A stretch of 55,987 nt of DNA, the filler included, from Dugesia japonica (Eukaryota), in the NCBI GenBank assembly GCA_001938525.1. It is 6 parts of 6 records of this genome, joined end to end, with 100 filler letters (N's around TTAATTAATTAA, not from the genome) between each part and the next. Parts side by side here need not be neighbours in the genome. Positions count along the whole stretch, not along the records: positions 47,402 to 55,987 come from MQRL01624493.1; 5 more parts are not named here. One strand, given 5' to 3'. Shown here piece by piece: positions 52,386 to 55,987 of this stretch (position 1 is the stretch's first letter; the number at the start of each line of letters is the position of its first letter). Both the position numbers and the translations under genes were made by a program. The notes below the pieces were generated by a model. That model saw nothing but the letters and a program-made list of their open reading frames with translations, ran no database searches and was not told the DNA's origin.

Positions 52386-52871
52386 AGCCCCGATTACAAG
52401 TGGTCAACGCATTTGATTATCTGAACCAAAAGATACATTTTTAAGGTTTTGTGGTACAATGATTGATTTATCATTAATCATAGATAATGTTTTTTGGGCT
52501 TGAGGCATTTGATTAGTGTTTGGTGCCTCAACTATTTTAGACATAATTAGTTTATTCGATAATTTAATTCCTTGGTGGCTAGTGCAATATTTCCAGTGTC
52601 CATGTTTTCGTTTCCGATTTTACTATGAAACTCCTGACGTGAAGCCAAGCTATCTTTCATTTTCCTTTCTTTTCTTTGTTTGCCTGCATACTTTAATGCG
52701 CCATCTTTCAATAACCTCGTTATTTTCTGCTACTATGTTTCTATCTTTTCATCGTCTTTTGGTTGCATGTCCGTTTTCCATTCCGAATTTACTTCTTTCT
52801 CCGTTAGTTCCCTTCCCCATTTTCTTCAGACTCAGCGTCCTCGCTGAGACTTCTTTTCCTTAATAATGATT

Positions 52872-53360
52872 CTAGACGACTCCATGGCGGAGGGTCAACT
52901 GGTTTAGACCATAATACCATACTATTAATATCGTATGGAAATTTTCAATAGCTCGCGTGAGAGTTTCGTTATAGATGCTGACACAACGTTCGCATAGGGT
53001 GTGTACCTCGTTCTGCTCCAATGGTGCTTGAACTGTCAACTTGTCATGCATTTTCGTAAATCTTCTTCTACTAAGTTCGTCTTGTTGTAACAACCAAAGT
53101 CTGCGCCCAGCGACTTCCCGTAATGCTGTTTTTAAAATTGATTGCATTTTCCGTATGCATGTCAGGCAATTGGCCTCCATTAGTGTTGGTGAGATTGGGC
53201 ATGTCACTCGAAAAAAGTGAGCAAAACAGTTTTCTGGTACTGGTGTCTGTGTTCCTCTTGGAATTATACGATATAGTGTTGTGATACCCAATGCTTTAAC
53301 TAAATGGCTTAACTGACTTAATACGAATACTGGGATTGACGATTTTCCGAGTATCATCAT
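52872..53360 (-). CDS. Unknown Cys/His domain, copy 1
   Basis: 162-aa ORF directly after the integrase C-terminus, with two CxxC pairs. Confidence 0.65.
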   Translation of the reverse strand: MMILGKSSIPVFVLSQLSHLVKALGITTLYRIIPRGTQTPVPENCFAHFFRVTCPISPTLMEANCLTCIRKMQSILKTALREVAGRRLWLLQQDELSRRRFTKMHDKLTVQAPLEQNEVHTLCERCVSIYNETLTRAIENFHTILIVWYYGLNQLTLRHGVV

Positions 53361-53419
53361 AGGTTGTTTTGATCATAATGTGTAACTATGCGATATATTT
53401 AGCTTTTTTCCGTATTTTC

Positions 53420-55245
53420 CTACTTACGTGGTCTATTGGGACCTCTGTGTTCCGTCGCAGTAGGAGCATTACTTGTAGTTGGTGTAATTTCCTCCGTCAA
53501 TGCGGCCGTTTTACATAAGTTGGCGTGGTATATTTTAGGTTTCTCTAAAGGAATTCCTTTTATCCGCACTTTGAGATTGGTTTCGGTTACCTCGATTACT
53601 TCGTAGGGCCCTTGCCATGGCCATTTTAATTTCGACGTAGTCGAAATATCAGGTAAATTGATCAATACCATGCGCCTTTTTTAAATGAATGTTGTAGGGC
53701 AGTTTTATCGTGCAAATCTTTTTAACTTTCTTGGTAAAATCCTTCGTTCTCCCTGGCTTGTTTCCATATTTTCTGCATAGTTTCTTTGGAATTTGCAGCG
53801 AAATCCGTTTCGTCTTGATATTGCGTTATAGGTGGCTGAAACTCTAAATCAATTGGCATGTTGCATTCATTGCCATACATTAATCTGAATGGTGTGTATT
53901 TAGTAGCTGGATGCACACTCATTCGGTATGCAAATAAACATAGTTGAATATGTTTGTCCCAATTATTCTGTTCCTTCTGCGCATAACTAGACAGCATAGT
54001 AATTAAAGTTTTATTAAATCGCTCTGCTAATCCATCTGTTTGTGGATGATAAGGTGAGGTTCGTAATTGACGTATTTTAAGGAAACTTGATACCTCCGCC
54101 AATATATTACTCATGAAGTTTTTTCCCTGATCAGTTAATATCTTCTTCGGAGTGCCATAACGACTGAAGGATGTCCGTACCAGTATGTCTGCTATAGTTG
54201 TGGCCTTTTGATTTTTCATTGGAAACGCCTCTGGGAATTTGGACAAATAATCCATTATGGTAAGTATGTAGACATTTCTGCCCAGTGTTGGTGGTAGAGG
54301 TCCAACTACGTCCACAGCTATTATCTCCATTGGTGCTGCAGGTACTGCGATAGGCTTTAATAATGCTTTCACTCGTTTGCACGTTCCTTTCCTGGCAGCA
54401 CATATTTGGCATTTTGCAATCCACTCCTTTACTGATTCAGTCATGTGTGGCCAGAAATATTTCTGTCTTAATTTTGACTCGGTTTTCTTATGGGACATGC
54501 GTACTCCTAGTACTCCATTGTGATATTGTTCGAGTAGTTTATTCCTTCTTCCCTTAGGAATGACCAAAACAGTATTTTCTCCGTCTTGTGCAATCAAACA
54601 TCCTTTGGTAAGTGCATAATGGCCACCGTTTTTCTTTAGGTGCTCTTTCAACTTGGGTTCACATTCCAACTTCTTTAAGTTGTAGCTCTCCATATATTTC
54701 ATGATGATCTTGATTTCTTCATCATCCGCCTGTGCTTGCTTCAATTCATCAAAGTTTCGGTCCTCCGCTAATATGAAATAGACCGTTCCTACTTTCTTTT
54801 CTAATAATTCACGTAGAGTGAATTTTTCCGTATCTTCCGGAATACTTTCTGTAGCTTCTGGTCCACCGATCCTTGACAGGCAATTTGTATTAAAATTGGC
54901 CTTACCAGTTTTAAATTTTAATATAGGACAATAATCCTGCATTGCCAGTTGCCATTCTATTCAATCGTAATGGTTTCTGAGCCATGAATGTGATTGGTAA
55001 GTGATCCGTATAGATTAGCACCTCATGCCTTTGTATCAATGATCAGAAATGTTTAGTGGCCTTTACTATTGCCATGATTTCTCGTTCGGTTGTGCTATAA
55101 TTTAGTTCAGCTCCTTGGAATTTCTTGCTGAAGTAAGCGATCACTCTCTCTCCTTTGTTCATCTAATTGACTTAATACGGCACACATCGCGTAACCACTA
55201 GCGCCAGTAGCTAATATGAATGGCTTTTTGAAATGTGGGTGCTTG
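53420..55245 (-). pseudogene. pol: Gypsy pol: RNase H, integrase (Zn finger, DDE, GPY/F)
   Basis: PFILATGASGYAMCAVLSQ, VIAYFSKK...NYSTTEREIMAIV, YTDH; KYFWPHM...CQIC; IAVDVVGP...ILTDQGKNF...PYHPQTDGLAERFNKT; WQGPYEV. Confidence 0.95.
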
Positions 55246-55599
55246 GTTTGTTTCAAAATTTGTAAAATTAAATATTTATATAGCGAATAATGTTTTGTTT
55301 AAAAATTTGCAAAATTAAATATTTTACTAACTAATGATTCTTTGTTTTAATATTTTGTTTAAGTTTTCAATTAAATTTCAATAACAGATAATTATTTTCT
55401 TAAATTTTCGAAGTAGCTTAAATAAAGTTTTAATTTAATTTTTTCAATTTATTAGATAATAATTTCCAATTGAACCATTGGTTTTAATTTGTTTGATTAA
55501 ACAAATAATGATGTTATGGTTTTTATTTGAAATAAATTTTATGGAGTTAAATTTTGATGTTGATAATCCGCTGAGTTCTCAAAACTCACCTGGCATGAA

Positions 55600-55987
55600 A
55601 TAAATTGTTTTTGTTTAAAACGTTCAAGGATAAAGATGCTATCAGAGAATAGTCACAAATTGATAAGATATTTTAAATCATTTTTGGTAATTTCTGGATT
55701 ATCTGAATGTTCTTTGTATCTTTCCAAGAAATCACTAACAATATTGATGACATTTTCTTGTCGCTTAAAGAGGATTGATCAATATAGATTTGTAATATTT
55801 AATGAACCATATTCATCATCTTTCTTCCAGTCATAATTGTTTTTTTGTTTAACAAACTCATAAATATTTTTCAAATGTTCTGGAATAAAACTTAATAGTG
55901 GTCTTAAACAATCTGCCATAAGCTTGTACAATGAAGTACATGGAGTATCAGAAGCGATGAAAATAGATCTTCTATTCATTGTTGTTT
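55600..55987 (-). mobile_element. Penelope-like reverse transcriptase remnant
   Basis: RSIFIASDTPCTSLYKLMADCLRPLL...HLKNIYEFV...SLNITNLY*SIP matches the PLE RT pattern RPI..P..L..L.PL..N..F..SLDV.SLYTNIP. Confidence 0.75.

Larger units (their letters stand above)
47402..55245 (-). mobile_element. 3' half of a large Ty3/Gypsy element with env-like and accessory genes (5'-truncated at RNase H; 3' end lost in a gap)
   Basis: Continuous minus-strand coding block: RNase H, integrase, duplicated Cys/His domain, env-like protein, coiled coil, IAP, coiled coil. Confidence 0.8.

Noticed and set aside
50772-52863. Plus-strand hydrophobic ORFs (50884-51231, 51658-51978, 52516-52863 and others)
   Set aside because: They are antisense shadows of the A-rich minus-strand coding region.

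Overview
Very AT-rich eukaryotic genomic DNA from a gappy draft assembly, with five 100-bp N44-TTAATTAATTAA-N44 contig linkers. The repeat and gene content suggests a planarian flatworm; this is inference, not proof. Host genes: the last two exons of a ZNF608/ZNF609/scribbler-like zinc-finger gene (- strand, about 6.0-9.1 kb) and an intronless claudin-like four-TM gene (+, 19.7-20.3 kb). The rest is mostly decayed transposons: mariner/Tc1, pogo, three hAT, piggyBac, Gypsy fragments, a Maverick/Polinton capsid module, and Penelope-like elements whose short palindromic insertions carry minimal hammerhead ribozymes. Two items stand out. (1) The 3' half of a large Gypsy element (47.4-55.2 kb, -), in which RNase H-integrase is followed by a tandemly duplicated unknown Cys/His domain, an env-like type I membrane protein, and accessory genes including a captured BIR-RING IAP. 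(2) A 4,815-bp TG...CA element with a 4-bp TSD (probable giant solo LTR, 12517-17331) that carries four small ORFs. In both, the accessory ORFs share one layout: a T-rich tract and AG acceptor just before the ATG, then the ORF, then its own AATAAA (seen for 6 of 7; the seventh runs into a gap). This suggests a virus-like accessory-gene array expressed by alternative last-exon splicing or by trans-splicing.
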